Below, one piece after another: positions 1 to 11,007 of a stretch of DNA of 64,000 bases; within the stretch, counting starts at the first letter, position 1; every line of letters begins with the position of its first letter. The notes under the pieces were generated by a model. The model saw only the letters and a program-made list of their open reading frames with translations, was not told the origin of the DNA and ran no database searches. The DNA is from an uncultured Rhodospirillaceae bacterium (GTDB lineage Bacteria > Pseudomonadota > Alphaproteobacteria > Rhodospirillales > UBA2165), in the NCBI GenBank assembly GCA_964611435.1, contig CAZSXT010000002.1:64308-128307 (forward strand), in the 5' to 3' direction. Both the position numbers and the translations under genes were made by a program.

Positions 1-134
1 AAATTGATCGGATTAATATGTGACGCCCAAACTGCAATTTGCAAAGGAAAAGCCATTAACTCGGCGTAAACCTATTCCACCTAAGGATATCAAGGGTTTG
101 AGGTGTATATTCGAGGGAAGTTAGGCAGTCTATC

Positions 135-575
135 ATGATCGCATTCTTTGGCGGCGGCAAAAAAGCGGCGCCGGCGGCGCCGACCAAACCGTCGGATCCC
201 AAGTGGGTCACCACGGCAAAAGGCGGTTTTCACCAGCTCATGCGGATCGATCCCGATGAGTTAAATTTGCGGGATGTCGGCGGCGTCTACGTGATTTGGC
301 ACGGCGGCACCAAGCCGGAATGGCTTTATGTGGGCGAATCGCCCAGTATCGCCCGGGCAATTGATCAGGCTCTCGATATGGACGAAATCACTGAATATGA
401 ATCCATGGGCCGGGTCTATGTGACCTGGTCGCCTATCCAGCAGGACTTCCGCCGGGGCGTTCTACTCTATCTGGCTCAGAGCATGAAGCCATTGATTCAT
501 AATCCGCGGACCCCAAAAGAAGGCAGTGTAGAACTGGTGCCGGTTTTGGCCCCTGGCGCTAAACCAGACGCGTAA
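135..575 (+). CDS. hypothetical protein with GIY-YIG-like motif spacing
   Basis: 146-aa ORF with no competing ORF. The segment GVYVIWHGGTKPEWLYVGESPSIARAI has GxY-(12 aa)-YxG-(8 aa)-R spacing reminiscent of GIY-YIG folds. Function is not established. Confidence 0.45.
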   Translation: MIAFFGGGKKAAPAAPTKPSDPKWVTTAKGGFHQLMRIDPDELNLRDVGGVYVIWHGGTKPEWLYVGESPSIARAIDQALDMDEITEYESMGRVYVTWSPIQQDFRRGVLLYLAQSMKPLIHNPRTPKEGSVELVPVLAPGAKPDA

Positions 576-630
576 ATTCCGACCTTGGACTAGAGCCTGA
601 ACCCGGTTAGGTTTGCCTCGGGTCCGAACC

Positions 631-849
631 ATGCAGCTTTTTCTCGACTACATTCCGGTGATGATTATCTTCCTGTTGGGAGCGGTGGTCATCGTGTTGC
701 TTGCCGGTGTCATCGGCATGGCCGTGGGCGGAAAGGTGACCCCCCGGGTCAGAAATCACTTCATGAAGGCGCGGGTCGCGATACAAACACTGATTCTTTT
801 GTTGGTGGTCATCTTGGTTGTGGCAACGTGGGTTGGAGACAAACAATAG
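631..849 (+). CDS. twin-transmembrane-helix small protein (HIG1-like)
   Basis: Two hydrophobic helices separated by the GGKVTPRVRNHFMKARVAIQ loop, the typical pattern of bacterial HIG1-domain proteins. The ATG at 631 is preferred over the TTG at 613 in the ORF track. Confidence 0.6.
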   Translation: MQLFLDYIPVMIIFLLGAVVIVLLAGVIGMAVGGKVTPRVRNHFMKARVAIQTLILLLVVILVVATWVGDKQ

Positions 850-850
850 C

Positions 851-1417
851 ATGGTGCGGCTCGATAAAATCTATACCAAAGGCGGTGACGGCGGTAAGAC
901 ATCGCTGGCCGGCGGCGCCCGTGTCGAGAAACACGATCTCCGGGTCGAGGCTTACGGCACCGTCGATGAAGCGAACGCGATCATCGGGCTGGCAAGGCTG
1001 CACACGGACGGGGAGATAGATGATAGCTTAGCTCGCATTCAAAACGATCTTTTTGATTTGGGCGCCGACTTGGCCCGGCCGGAAACCGATGGTGCGACTG
1101 ATGACGCGTTGAGGATATCTACTGCCCAGGTGACCAGACTAGAGACGGAAATTGACGCCATTAACGAAAAGCTGCAGCCGCTGACCTCGTTTGTGTTGCC
1201 CGGCGGATCGCCGGCAGCCGCCCATCTGCATCACGCCCGAACGGTGGTGCGGCGGGCCGAACGACTGGTTTCGGCTTTGTCAGAACGAAACCCCGTTAAT
1301 CCAGAGGCGTTGGTCTATTTGAACCGGCTGTCGGACCATCTATTTGTCATGGCCCGTCACATGAATGAAGGCGGTGAAACGGACGTTTTGTGGGTGCCGG
1401 GCGCCAATCGGGACTAG
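851..1417 (+). CDS. PduO-type ATP:cob(I)alamin adenosyltransferase
   Basis: The N-terminus MVRLDKIYTKGGDGGKTSL...VEAYGTVDEANAIIG is the hallmark of PduO-type adenosyltransferases. The ATG at 851 is used rather than the upstream start at 818. Confidence 0.85.
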   Translation: MVRLDKIYTKGGDGGKTSLAGGARVEKHDLRVEAYGTVDEANAIIGLARLHTDGEIDDSLARIQNDLFDLGADLARPETDGATDDALRISTAQVTRLETEIDAINEKLQPLTSFVLPGGSPAAAHLHHARTVVRRAERLVSALSERNPVNPEALVYLNRLSDHLFVMARHMNEGGETDVLWVPGANRD

Positions 1418-1545
1418 AGAATGGGGGTTTTGCAATGCACATTCCCCTAAACAGATTGTTTGACAACGTCCCGGCCAGTTTTTAATGTTGAATATTCGGC
1501 AGTGCAAAATCCGCCGAAAATGCAAAGAAGTGGACGATAATTGAG

Positions 1546-2294
<749 letters not shown>

Positions 2295-2298
<4 letters not shown>

Positions 2299-3224
2299 CC
2301 GTTCTTGTTATCGCAGATCACGACAACAGCGCCCTGAAGGGCGCGGTCATGAACACGGTGACCGCCGCTTCCGCCCTGGGCGACGTTCATGTGCTTATCG
2401 CCGGCAAAGATTGCAACGCCGCCGCCGAACAAGCCGCCGCGCTGACCGGTGTCGGCAAGGTGCTGATGGCGGATGCGGACATATACGCCCACGCCCTGGC
2501 CGAGACCATCACGCCGCTGGTTCTGTCGATTGCCGGCGATTACAGCCATATTTTGTTGCCGGCTACGACCTTCGGGAAGAACGCCGCGCCGCGGATCGCC
2601 GCGCTGCTGGACACGCAGCAGCTCTCCGATATTTCGGGTGTCGTCGATGCCGACACGTTTGAACGGCCGATTTATGCCGGCAACGCCATCGCCACGGTTA
2701 AGTCGGCTGATCCGGTCAAAGTCATCACCGTCCGAGGAACCGCCTTTGATGCGGCCCAGCCCGGTGAGAGCGCCGAAATCAGCGCCATTAATGATGCCGG
2801 CGATCCGGGCCTGTCCCGCTTCATCGGCACCGAGCTGACCAAATCGGACCGGCCGGAACTGACGGCCGCCAAGGTTATCATCTCCGGTGGACGCGGCATG
2901 CAAAGCGGTGACAATTTTGTCCTGCTTGAAAAAGTCGCCGATATTCTGGGCGCGGCCGTCGGGGCATCCCGCGCCGCGGTCGATTCCGGATTTGTTTCCA
3001 ACGACTATCAAGTCGGTCAAACAGGCAAGATCGTCGCCCCCGAACTCTACATCGCTGTCGGTATTTCCGGCGCCATTCAACATCTGGCCGGAATGAAGGA
3101 CAGCAAGGTCATCGTCGCCATCAATAAAGACGAAGAGGCTCCGATTTTCCAAATCGCGGATTACGGATTGGTCGCCGACCTGTTTACCGCTGTGCCGGCG
3201 CTTGAAGCCGAACTCAATAAATAA
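2295..3224 (+). CDS. etfA: electron transfer flavoprotein alpha subunit
   Basis: 309 aa with the C-terminal FAD-binding motif [37 protein letters not shown]. Confidence 0.95.
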
Positions 3225-3284
3225 AAGGATCCGTCGAGACAAATGGATACACACATTCCCAACGACACACTTGGTAAAACTGAA

Positions 3285-4166
3285 ATGACAACAGAAATTT
3301 CCAAAGTAGGCGTCATCGGCGCCGGTCAGATGGGCAGCGGCATCGCCCATGTCTGCGCCACTTCCGGTTTTGACGTGACAATGTTGGACGTTTCAGATGA
3401 CGTCCTGTCGGCATCTCTGGGCACCATCAATAAAAACCTGGAGCGCCTGGCAAAGCGCGGAAAACTATCCGAAGACCAGGTTAAGGAAGCCCTGGCGCAT
3501 CTCGACACCACGACGGACTACGCCTCGCTTGGCGATTGCGATCTGGTGATCGAGGCAGCTACGGAAAACGAATCCGTCAAGGAAGCGATTTACGAACAAA
3601 TCTGTCCGGTTCTGAAGCCGGGTGCGATCCTCGCTTCCAACACGTCCTCGATCTCCATCACCCGGCTGGCGGCCAAAACGGATCGTCCCGGCCAGTTTAT
3701 CGGCGTCCACTTCATGAATCCGGCGCCGTTGATGGAGCTGATCGAATTGATCAGCGGCATTGCAACCGAACAAGGCGTCTACACCGTCATTGAGGAGTTT
3801 GTCCGAAAGCTCGGAAAAACACCCGTAAGCTCCGAGGATTTCCCGGCATTTATTGTTAACCGTATCCTGCTGCCGATGATCAACGAAGCCGTCTATACCC
3901 TGTATGAAGGCGTGGGCAGCGTCGAAGCCATCGACACTTCCATGAAGCTGGGCGCGCACCATCCAATGGGTCCGTTGGAACTTGCTGACTTTATCGGCCT
4001 CGATACGTGTCTGTCGGTGATGCAGGTGCTGCACGACGGTTTGGCGGACACCAAGTACCGCCCCTGCCCGCTGCTGGTGAAGTACGTTGAAGCCGGTTGG
4101 CTGGGCCGCAAGACGGGCCGCGGCTTTTACGACTATTCCGGCGACGAGCCAAAACCCACGCGATAA
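3285..4166 (+). CDS. hbd: 3-hydroxybutyryl-CoA / 3-hydroxyacyl-CoA dehydrogenase
   Basis: Rossmann motif [27 protein letters not shown] and a C-terminal [11 protein letters not shown]. The start at 3285 ([12 protein letters not shown]) is preferred over 3243 by homolog N-terminal length, but is uncertain. Confidence 0.85.
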   Translation: MTTEISKVGVIGAGQMGSGIAHVCATSGFDVTMLDVSDDVLSASLGTINKNLERLAKRGKLSEDQVKEALAHLDTTTDYASLGDCDLVIEAATENESVKEAIYEQICPVLKPGAILASNTSSISITRLAAKTDRPGQFIGVHFMNPAPLMELIELISGIATEQGVYTVIEEFVRKLGKTPVSSEDFPAFIVNRILLPMINEAVYTLYEGVGSVEAIDTSMKLGAHHPMGPLELADFIGLDTCLSVMQVLHDGLADTKYRPCPLLVKYVEAGWLGRKTGRGFYDYSGDEPKPTR

Positions 4167-5467
<1,301 letters not shown>

Positions 5468-5469
<2 letters not shown>

Positions 5470-6091
5470 AAGATGTAGGGTCCAGCATCTTGCGGATCGG
5501 CGCAAAACTTTTCCGGTGATGGGGCGTAACGCCTAACTGGGCGAGCCCCGCCTGGTGCTCCGCCGTGCCGTAGCCGGCATTGCTGGCCCAGCCGTATCCC
5601 GGATGAGTCCTGTCCAAGTCCACCATGATCCGGTCCCGGGTCACCTTGGCGACGATGGATGCGGCGGCGATGGAAAACGACCGGCCGTCCCCTTTCACCA
5701 CCGTTTCACCATCCACGGAAAGACCCGGCCATTTGTTGCCGTCGATCAGCGCATAGTCCACCGGCGCCGGCAACCCGTCCACCGCCCGGCGCATTGCCAG
5801 CAAGCTGGCCTGAAGAATATTCAGCTCGTCGATTTCCTCGACCGTGGCGATGCCGACACTGGTGACAGCGGTCTCACCCAATATCGAAAACAACTCTTCC
5901 AGTCTTTTGGCAGAAAGCTTTTTGGAATCATCAAGCCCGGACAAAAGCTCCGGCGGCATTTGAGCTGGCTCCAACACGGCAGCGCCAGCGACCACGGGCC
6001 CGGCCCAGGGACCGCGGCCCGCTTCATCCACGCCGGTAACGCGGATGAATCCCCGACCACGCGCCGCATCCTCCAAGGAAAAATCAGGCAA
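5468..6091 (-). CDS. rnhB: ribonuclease HII
   Basis: 207 aa with GVDEAGRGPWAGPVV and DSKKLS motifs. Confidence 0.9.
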
Positions 6092-7604
6092 CGTTTCCGG
6101 AATCCTTGCTTCTGTCTTCGATCAGTTTCTTTGACGTTTCCTCCGACGGCGTCTCGTTACCGCCATCCGTTCCGTCGGGCGGCAGGACACCATCGTCATC
6201 CGGATTATCATTTGCCGCGGCGACCGGCTTTTTGAGCTTAAGTTTAATAGCGGCAGTCTCAACGGAGCGCCGCGCCTTGCCGGGCAGGTCCGCCTCTTTC
6301 ACTCGCTTTCCCGCATCATTCATCCGACGGAGCGCCAGCGCCGCTTGAGGCCGCACCTTGTTAATGCCACTGGCGACCAGCGCCGTTTCATGAGCGTAGA
6401 CCGATTTCATTAGCTCGCCAAAGGTGCTGATTCTACTGCTGGTCAGATAGTGTAGACGCCGGGCCGTCACCACCCAGATCGGACTTATGGCAAGACTGAG
6501 CACGGTGACCGCGACCACCAATTTTAACACATCCTGACCGATCAGGCCGGTGCTCAGACCTGTGGTCGATAATAGAAAGGAAAACTCTCCAATCTGGGCA
6601 AGCATGACGCTAACCAAAAAGGCTTGCGGCCAGGATTGCCCCAAAATTCGCAGGATCGCCGTGTTCATCGCCGTCTTGAAGATCGCCACCAGGAACAACA
6701 ACAACAGCACCGTGCCCACATTGTCCCAGATGAACTGCAGATCGATCAGCAACCCAACAGATAGAAAAAACACCATCATCAGCACGCTTTGGATCGGTCG
6801 GGTGACCTCGACGAACGTGTGCCCCTCGCCGCTGTTGCCGAGAACCAGTCCGGCCAGAAACGCCCCGTACGCCGGTGATAGCCCCAGCAGGCCCGAGACG
6901 GCGGCCGCGCCGAAGCAGAGCGCGATGGCGCTCAGCGGCGTCAGGTCCATATTTCGGACGGCATTCTGCAGGAACGGCACCTGAATACGCCCACCCTTGG
7001 CCAGATACCACATGAGCCAGGCCAGAACTAAAATCGAGCCGGCCAAAGCGAGAACGCCGCTGTAATCCGTCTCCCCCACCGAGATGATGCCGAGGATCAG
7101 GATCATCGGCACGAAGGCCAGGTCCTGGGCGATCAGGATGCCGATGGCGATCAGCCCGGTGCGGGTTTTCAGCTCCCCGGCGTTTTCCAAAATTTTGATG
7201 GCGACCGCCGTGCTGGAAAGCGCAATGACGAAGCCCAGCAGGATCGCCATGCCGAAACTCCAATCGAAGAAGAACGACAGGAGGAACGTCACCGCCAGGG
7301 CCGTGCCGATCTGGAAACAGGTGGCCAGCAGCACAAACCGCCAGAGCCTGAGGAATAAGCGTAAGGAGAGTTCCATGCCGATGACGAATAACAGCATCAA
7401 CACGCCGAGCTCGGCAATGGTGCTGATCTGGGCTTCGTTTTCCACAAAACCGAGAGCTGTCGGGCCCAGAAGCGTACCGGCCACGATATAGCCGACAAAC
7501 GCCGGCTGGCGGAAGCGCTCCATCAACATACCGCAGACCATCGCCGCCAAAACGACTATAGCGATGCCTGTCAGGTTCGATGAATGATGAGCGACTTCTT
7601 CCAT
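6084..7604 (-). CDS. cation:proton antiporter (CPA2/Kef-like membrane domain)
   Basis: 506 aa and polytopic, with a Na+/H+ exchanger-like N-terminus (PAFVGYIVAGTLLGP) and a hydrophilic acidic/basic C-terminal tail. No KTN domain was recognised. Confidence 0.85.
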   Translation of the reverse strand: MEEVAHHSSNLTGIAIVVLAAMVCGMLMERFRQPAFVGYIVAGTLLGPTALGFVENEAQISTIAELGVLMLLFVIGMELSLRLFLRLWRFVLLATCFQIGTALAVTFLLSFFFDWSFGMAILLGFVIALSSTAVAIKILENAGELKTRTGLIAIGILIAQDLAFVPMILILGIISVGETDYSGVLALAGSILVLAWLMWYLAKGGRIQVPFLQNAVRNMDLTPLSAIALCFGAAAVSGLLGLSPAYGAFLAGLVLGNSGEGHTFVEVTRPIQSVLMMVFFLSVGLLIDLQFIWDNVGTVLLLLFLVAIFKTAMNTAILRILGQSWPQAFLVSVMLAQIGEFSFLLSTTGLSTGLIGQDVLKLVVAVTVLSLAISPIWVVTARRLHYLTSSRISTFGELMKSVYAHETALVASGINKVRPQAALALRRMNDAGKRVKEADLPGKARRSVETAAIKLKLKKPVAAANDNPDDDGVLPPDGTDGGNETPSEETSKKLIEDRSKDSGNVA

Positions 7605-7615
7605 TGCCGTAGTCT

Positions 7616-7889
7616 AGAGCACTTCCGACCAATATTGAATCAATTCTGTTTCCCGGCTGGGGAGTATGATCCGGTCGCCGGTCCCCGCGCGGCACGTAGT
7701 GGCGCTACGGGCAAGAGGGGGCCGGCATCGGGCGTCCGCTAGCCGGATACCCGAAGGGACGGGCGCTTTTTCGCCCATATCGGCGCAAGCCTCCTTGACC
7801 GTATGTCCCCATACGCTCTGCGGAGCCTCGCTTGATCTGATCACAAAATCTCGCCGTCAGAATGGTTCAATATTGGTCGGAAGTGCTCT
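7616..7889. repeat. 274-bp MITE-like palindromic element with perfect 24-bp terminal inverted repeats
   Basis: agagcacttccgaccaatattgaa (7616-7639) is the exact reverse complement of ttcaatattggtcggaagtgctct (7866-7889). Both arms are related to the repeat at 4167-4279. There is no coding capacity. Confidence 0.75.
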
Positions 7890-7932
7890 GGCGCAGCAAT
7901 GCGGCAAGATCATGATAACTGCGGAGCGCGGA

Positions 7933-8271
7933 CTAGAAATCCGGAAACACATGCACTCCGTCCGGCCCGAGCGGCAGATCGTCAGCCTTCATCACCACGC
8001 TGACCGGTAGCTCTCCGTACAGATGGGGAAATAATAACCCGCCCCGCGACGGTTCCCACTTGAGCGCATCGCCCAAAACCTTGTCGTCGACGGTCAGCAG
8101 CACCAGTCCGTCCTGGCCGGCGCGATGCTTGGCGACACTTTCGACCACTGTATCCCGGCCGGAAAAATGAATGAATCCGTCTTGCTTGTCTTGGGAAGAA
8201 CCGCCATACGCGCCGGCGTCTTGGGCCGCCGCCCATTCGTCCTTGCGGCAGACATGGTAGATCAAGGTCAC
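7933..8271 (-). CDS. DUF952 family protein
   Basis: 112 aa with the typical DUF952 pattern: IYHVCRKDEWAAA...GFIHFS...FPHLYG. Confidence 0.8.
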   Translation of the reverse strand: MTLIYHVCRKDEWAAAQDAGAYGGSSQDKQDGFIHFSGRDTVVESVAKHRAGQDGLVLLTVDDKVLGDALKWEPSRGGLLFPHLYGELPVSVVMKADDLPLGPDGVHVFPDF

Positions 8272-8278
8272 GGGACAC

Positions 8279-8728
8279 CTAGTTGCCGAGGCGTTTTTGC
8301 AGGGCGCGAAGATACTTCAGATCCATGGCGACCAATTCGTCTTCCTTCAGGTCTTCGCGATACCCGTCGAGCTCTTCCTTGGTATCTTCAGACACGCCTT
8401 TGGCAATGAGCTGATCGATCAGACTTTCGGCCTCTTTTTTCTCTTCTGCGTTGAGGGCCGTCTCGTCTACATCGGCGAAAAGTTCCTCGACCGAGGTCGG
8501 CCCTTCCGGTGAAGCGTCATCACCGTCTTCCGGTTCCTCGGTTTCCTCTTCTTCCTCGGGCTCGGGTTCATCGGCCTGGTCCGGCACCAATAGGTCATCC
8601 CAGCTCATGCCCGACACCGTCAGCCGGGCGTGCAGGTCTCTTGCGGCGGTGACAACCTCTTCGTTGTCATCGTCTCCCAGCTTGTTCAACAGCTCAATAA
8701 ACTTATCTCGATCAAGATCGGCAAACAT
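8279..8728 (-). CDS. acidic hypothetical protein
   Basis: The ATG at 8728 is preceded by GGGAGAGAG. The protein is 149 aa with a poly-acidic tract (EPEPEEEEETEEPEDGDD). The upstream part of the 307-aa track ORF is antisense to the neighbouring gene and was rejected. Confidence 0.6.
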   Translation of the reverse strand: MFADLDRDKFIELLNKLGDDDNEEVVTAARDLHARLTVSGMSWDDLLVPDQADEPEPEEEEETEEPEDGDDASPEGPTSVEELFADVDETALNAEEKKEAESLIDQLIAKGVSEDTKEELDGYREDLKEDELVAMDLKYLRALQKRLGN

Positions 8729-8896
8729 ATGTCTCTCTCCCTCGCCGGCGCTTGGCCAGCCAGGGTGCAGCCTATAGTCGGTTTGACAAAACCTGTCCAG
8801 ACTCCGGCCCGGCTCGGTTATTGGCACACGGGCCTCACTTCTGTAAACAAATTGAGCCGTCGAGTATTTTGTTTGCAGCATCCGGATCACCTCGCC

Positions 8897-10525
8897 ATGT
8901 CCCAGACCATCGCCCAGCTTGCCGTCGACTCCCTGATCAGCAACGGTATTGAAAACCTGTACTGCCTGCCGGGGGTTCAGAACGACGATTTCTTTAATAC
9001 GTTGTACGACAGGCAGGACGAACTGCGGCCCATCCAGTCCAGGCACGAGCAAGGCGCCGCCTATATGGCGTTGGGCGCGGCGCTTGCGACGGGCAAGCCG
9101 CAAGCCTTTTGCATCGTGCCGGGCCCGGGATTTTTGAACGGTTGCGCCGCCCTGTGCACAGCCTATTCCCTGAATGCGCCGTTGTTTGCCTTGATCGGAC
9201 AAATCCCGTCCCGCGCAATTGGCAAAGGCCTTGGCCTGTTACACGAGATCGAAGGTCAGTTGGAGATCATGGGCACCATGACCAAATGGTGCGACCGGGT
9301 CGTTGACGGATCCAAGGCGGTTGATCAGTTCCGCACCGCCTGGACCGAAATGCAATCCGGCCGGCCCGGCCCCGTTGGGCTGGAAATACCCGTCGATATC
9401 TGGACGGCGGAAACCTCTTTCGAGCCATCCGCGCTGACCATTGCGCCACCAGCCAATCGTGCCCCGGACGCCACTGAAATTGCCGCCGCGGCGGATTTGA
9501 TCCGTCAGGCCAAACGCCCCCTGATTGTGGTCGGGCGGGGGGCACAGGATGTCAGCCAAGACGTACGCAGCTTCGCCAAGGAGATTTCGGCCGGCGTCGT
9601 ACATTTCCGGTCGGGCCAAGGTGTGATGCGGGCGGATGATGATCAATGCATCGGGATTCCGGTAGCCCATGCCCTGTGGCCGGACTGCGATCTGGTCATC
9701 GGTCTGGGCAGCCGTCTGATGGCACAGAAAGTCCAATGGGGCATGGATGACGCACTTAAAATACTCCATATCGATTTGGATCCGGATGTGTTGACCCGGA
9801 TGCGGCCCGCGGATGTGGGGATTGAGGCAGATCTTATTCACGCCATGCCGCTGCTCAACGCGGCCGTAAAGGGGCAACAACCTGACCGCAATGACTGGCT
9901 GGATGAGGTCCGCCGCGCCAAGGAACGCAAAACCCAGGAATATGTGGAAAACCTCGCGCCGCAGATCGGCTGGCTCTCCGCCATCCGTGATGTGCTGCCG
10001 GAAAATGGCATTCTGGTCGATGAACTGACCCAGATCGGCTATGTCTCCCGGTTCGCACATCAGGCGTTTGAACCCCGCACCTTCCTGTCATCAGGGTTTC
10101 AGGGAACATTGGGTTGGGGGATTGCCGCGGCGCTGGGGGCCGCCCATGCCCGCCAGGATGTGCCCGTGGTCTCCATTTGCGGGGACGGCGGGGCGATGTT
10201 CACCATCGCGGAACTGTCGACCGCCCGGCATCACAAAATACCCCTGACTGTGATCGTGATGAACGACAATGCGTACGGCAATGTCCGCTCCATCCAGCGG
10301 GACAATTACCAGGAGCGGTATATCGCCTCTGACCTGATCAGCCCCGATTTCGTCAAACTGGCGGAAAGCTGCGGCGTCAAAGGGGAACGGGCCGCAACGC
10401 CCGATGAACTCCGCTCGGTCTTGGCCGACGCCATCGCCACCGATGAGCCCACGGTGATTGAAGTCCCGCAGGGGCAGGTGCCGTCGCCTTGGGACTATGT
10501 TCTGCTCCCGAAAGTCAGAGGGTAA
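8897..10525 (+). CDS. thiamine diphosphate-dependent enzyme (acetolactate-synthase-like family)
   Basis: The start MSQTIAQLAVDSL is at ATG 8897. It has RHEQGAAYMA (catalytic Glu) and GDGGAMF...NDNAYGN (ThDP/Mg motif). Confidence 0.85.
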   Translation: MSQTIAQLAVDSLISNGIENLYCLPGVQNDDFFNTLYDRQDELRPIQSRHEQGAAYMALGAALATGKPQAFCIVPGPGFLNGCAALCTAYSLNAPLFALIGQIPSRAIGKGLGLLHEIEGQLEIMGTMTKWCDRVVDGSKAVDQFRTAWTEMQSGRPGPVGLEIPVDIWTAETSFEPSALTIAPPANRAPDATEIAAAADLIRQAKRPLIVVGRGAQDVSQDVRSFAKEISAGVVHFRSGQGVMRADDDQCIGIPVAHALWPDCDLVIGLGSRLMAQKVQWGMDDALKILHIDLDPDVLTRMRPADVGIEADLIHAMPLLNAAVKGQQPDRNDWLDEVRRAKERKTQEYVENLAPQIGWLSAIRDVLPENGILVDELTQIGYVSRFAHQAFEPRTFLSSGFQGTLGWGIAAALGAAHARQDVPVVSICGDGGAMFTIAELSTARHHKIPLTVIVMNDNAYGNVRSIQRDNYQERYIASDLISPDFVKLAESCGVKGERAATPDELRSVLADAIATDEPTVIEVPQGQVPSPWDYVLLPKVRG

Positions 10526-10529
10526 GCGG

Positions 10530-10874
10530 CTATTCCGTCAGCGCGGCCTTCTGCTCGTCCTTAAAGCCGACCACAACACCCGAGCCGATCTCGAACACCG
10601 GGCGCTTGATCAGCGCCGGATACGCCGCCATCAAATCAGCGGCCTTCGCCTCGGTCACGCCGTCCTTGTCCGCGTCATCCAACCCCCGCCACGTGGTGCC
10701 GCGCCGGTTCAGCAATGTCTCCCATCCGGCAGCGGCGACCCAGGCGTCTAGCTGGGCGCGTTCGAAACCGTCCTTGCGCAAATCCTTGAATTCATGATCC
10801 ACGCCCTGATCCGTCAGCCATTTCAGCGCCTTCTTGCAGGTGTCGCAGTTTTTCAGTCCATAGACGGTGATCAT
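10530..10874 (-). CDS. ArsC/Spx-family reductase-like protein (YffB type)
   Basis: 114 aa beginning MITVYGLKNCDTCKKA, with IKRPV near the C-terminus. Confidence 0.85.
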   Translation of the reverse strand: MITVYGLKNCDTCKKALKWLTDQGVDHEFKDLRKDGFERAQLDAWVAAAGWETLLNRRGTTWRGLDDADKDGVTEAKAADLMAAYPALIKRPVFEIGSGVVVGFKDEQKAALTE

Positions 10875-11007
10875 CGCATATTTCTCCTAAACCAAGTTTC
10901 TTGCTTAGGGTCTCGGTCAAAGCGGGTCAATCACCGGATGGACTAGCCCCGGCCAAATCCCTCGTGTACTCTCGCAACCTAATAAATATCAACGGGCTAA
11001 CAGGGTA

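Noticed and set aside
6610-7695. 361-aa minus-strand ORF in an alternative frame of the antiporter gene
   Set aside because: It overlaps the convincing 506-aa membrane protein in another frame. It is Arg/Gly/Pro-rich, and its N-terminus is just the translated intergenic repeat (MPRGDRRPDHT...).
8729-9202. N-terminal 158 codons of the 307-aa track ORF 8279-9202. The same issue applies to 8630-8896, 36139-36381 and 50128-50271.
   Set aside because: These upstream extensions overlap neighbouring genes, lack RBSs and have shadow-like composition. Internal ATGs with good RBSs (8728, 8897, 36382, 50127) give proteins that start where homologous families start.
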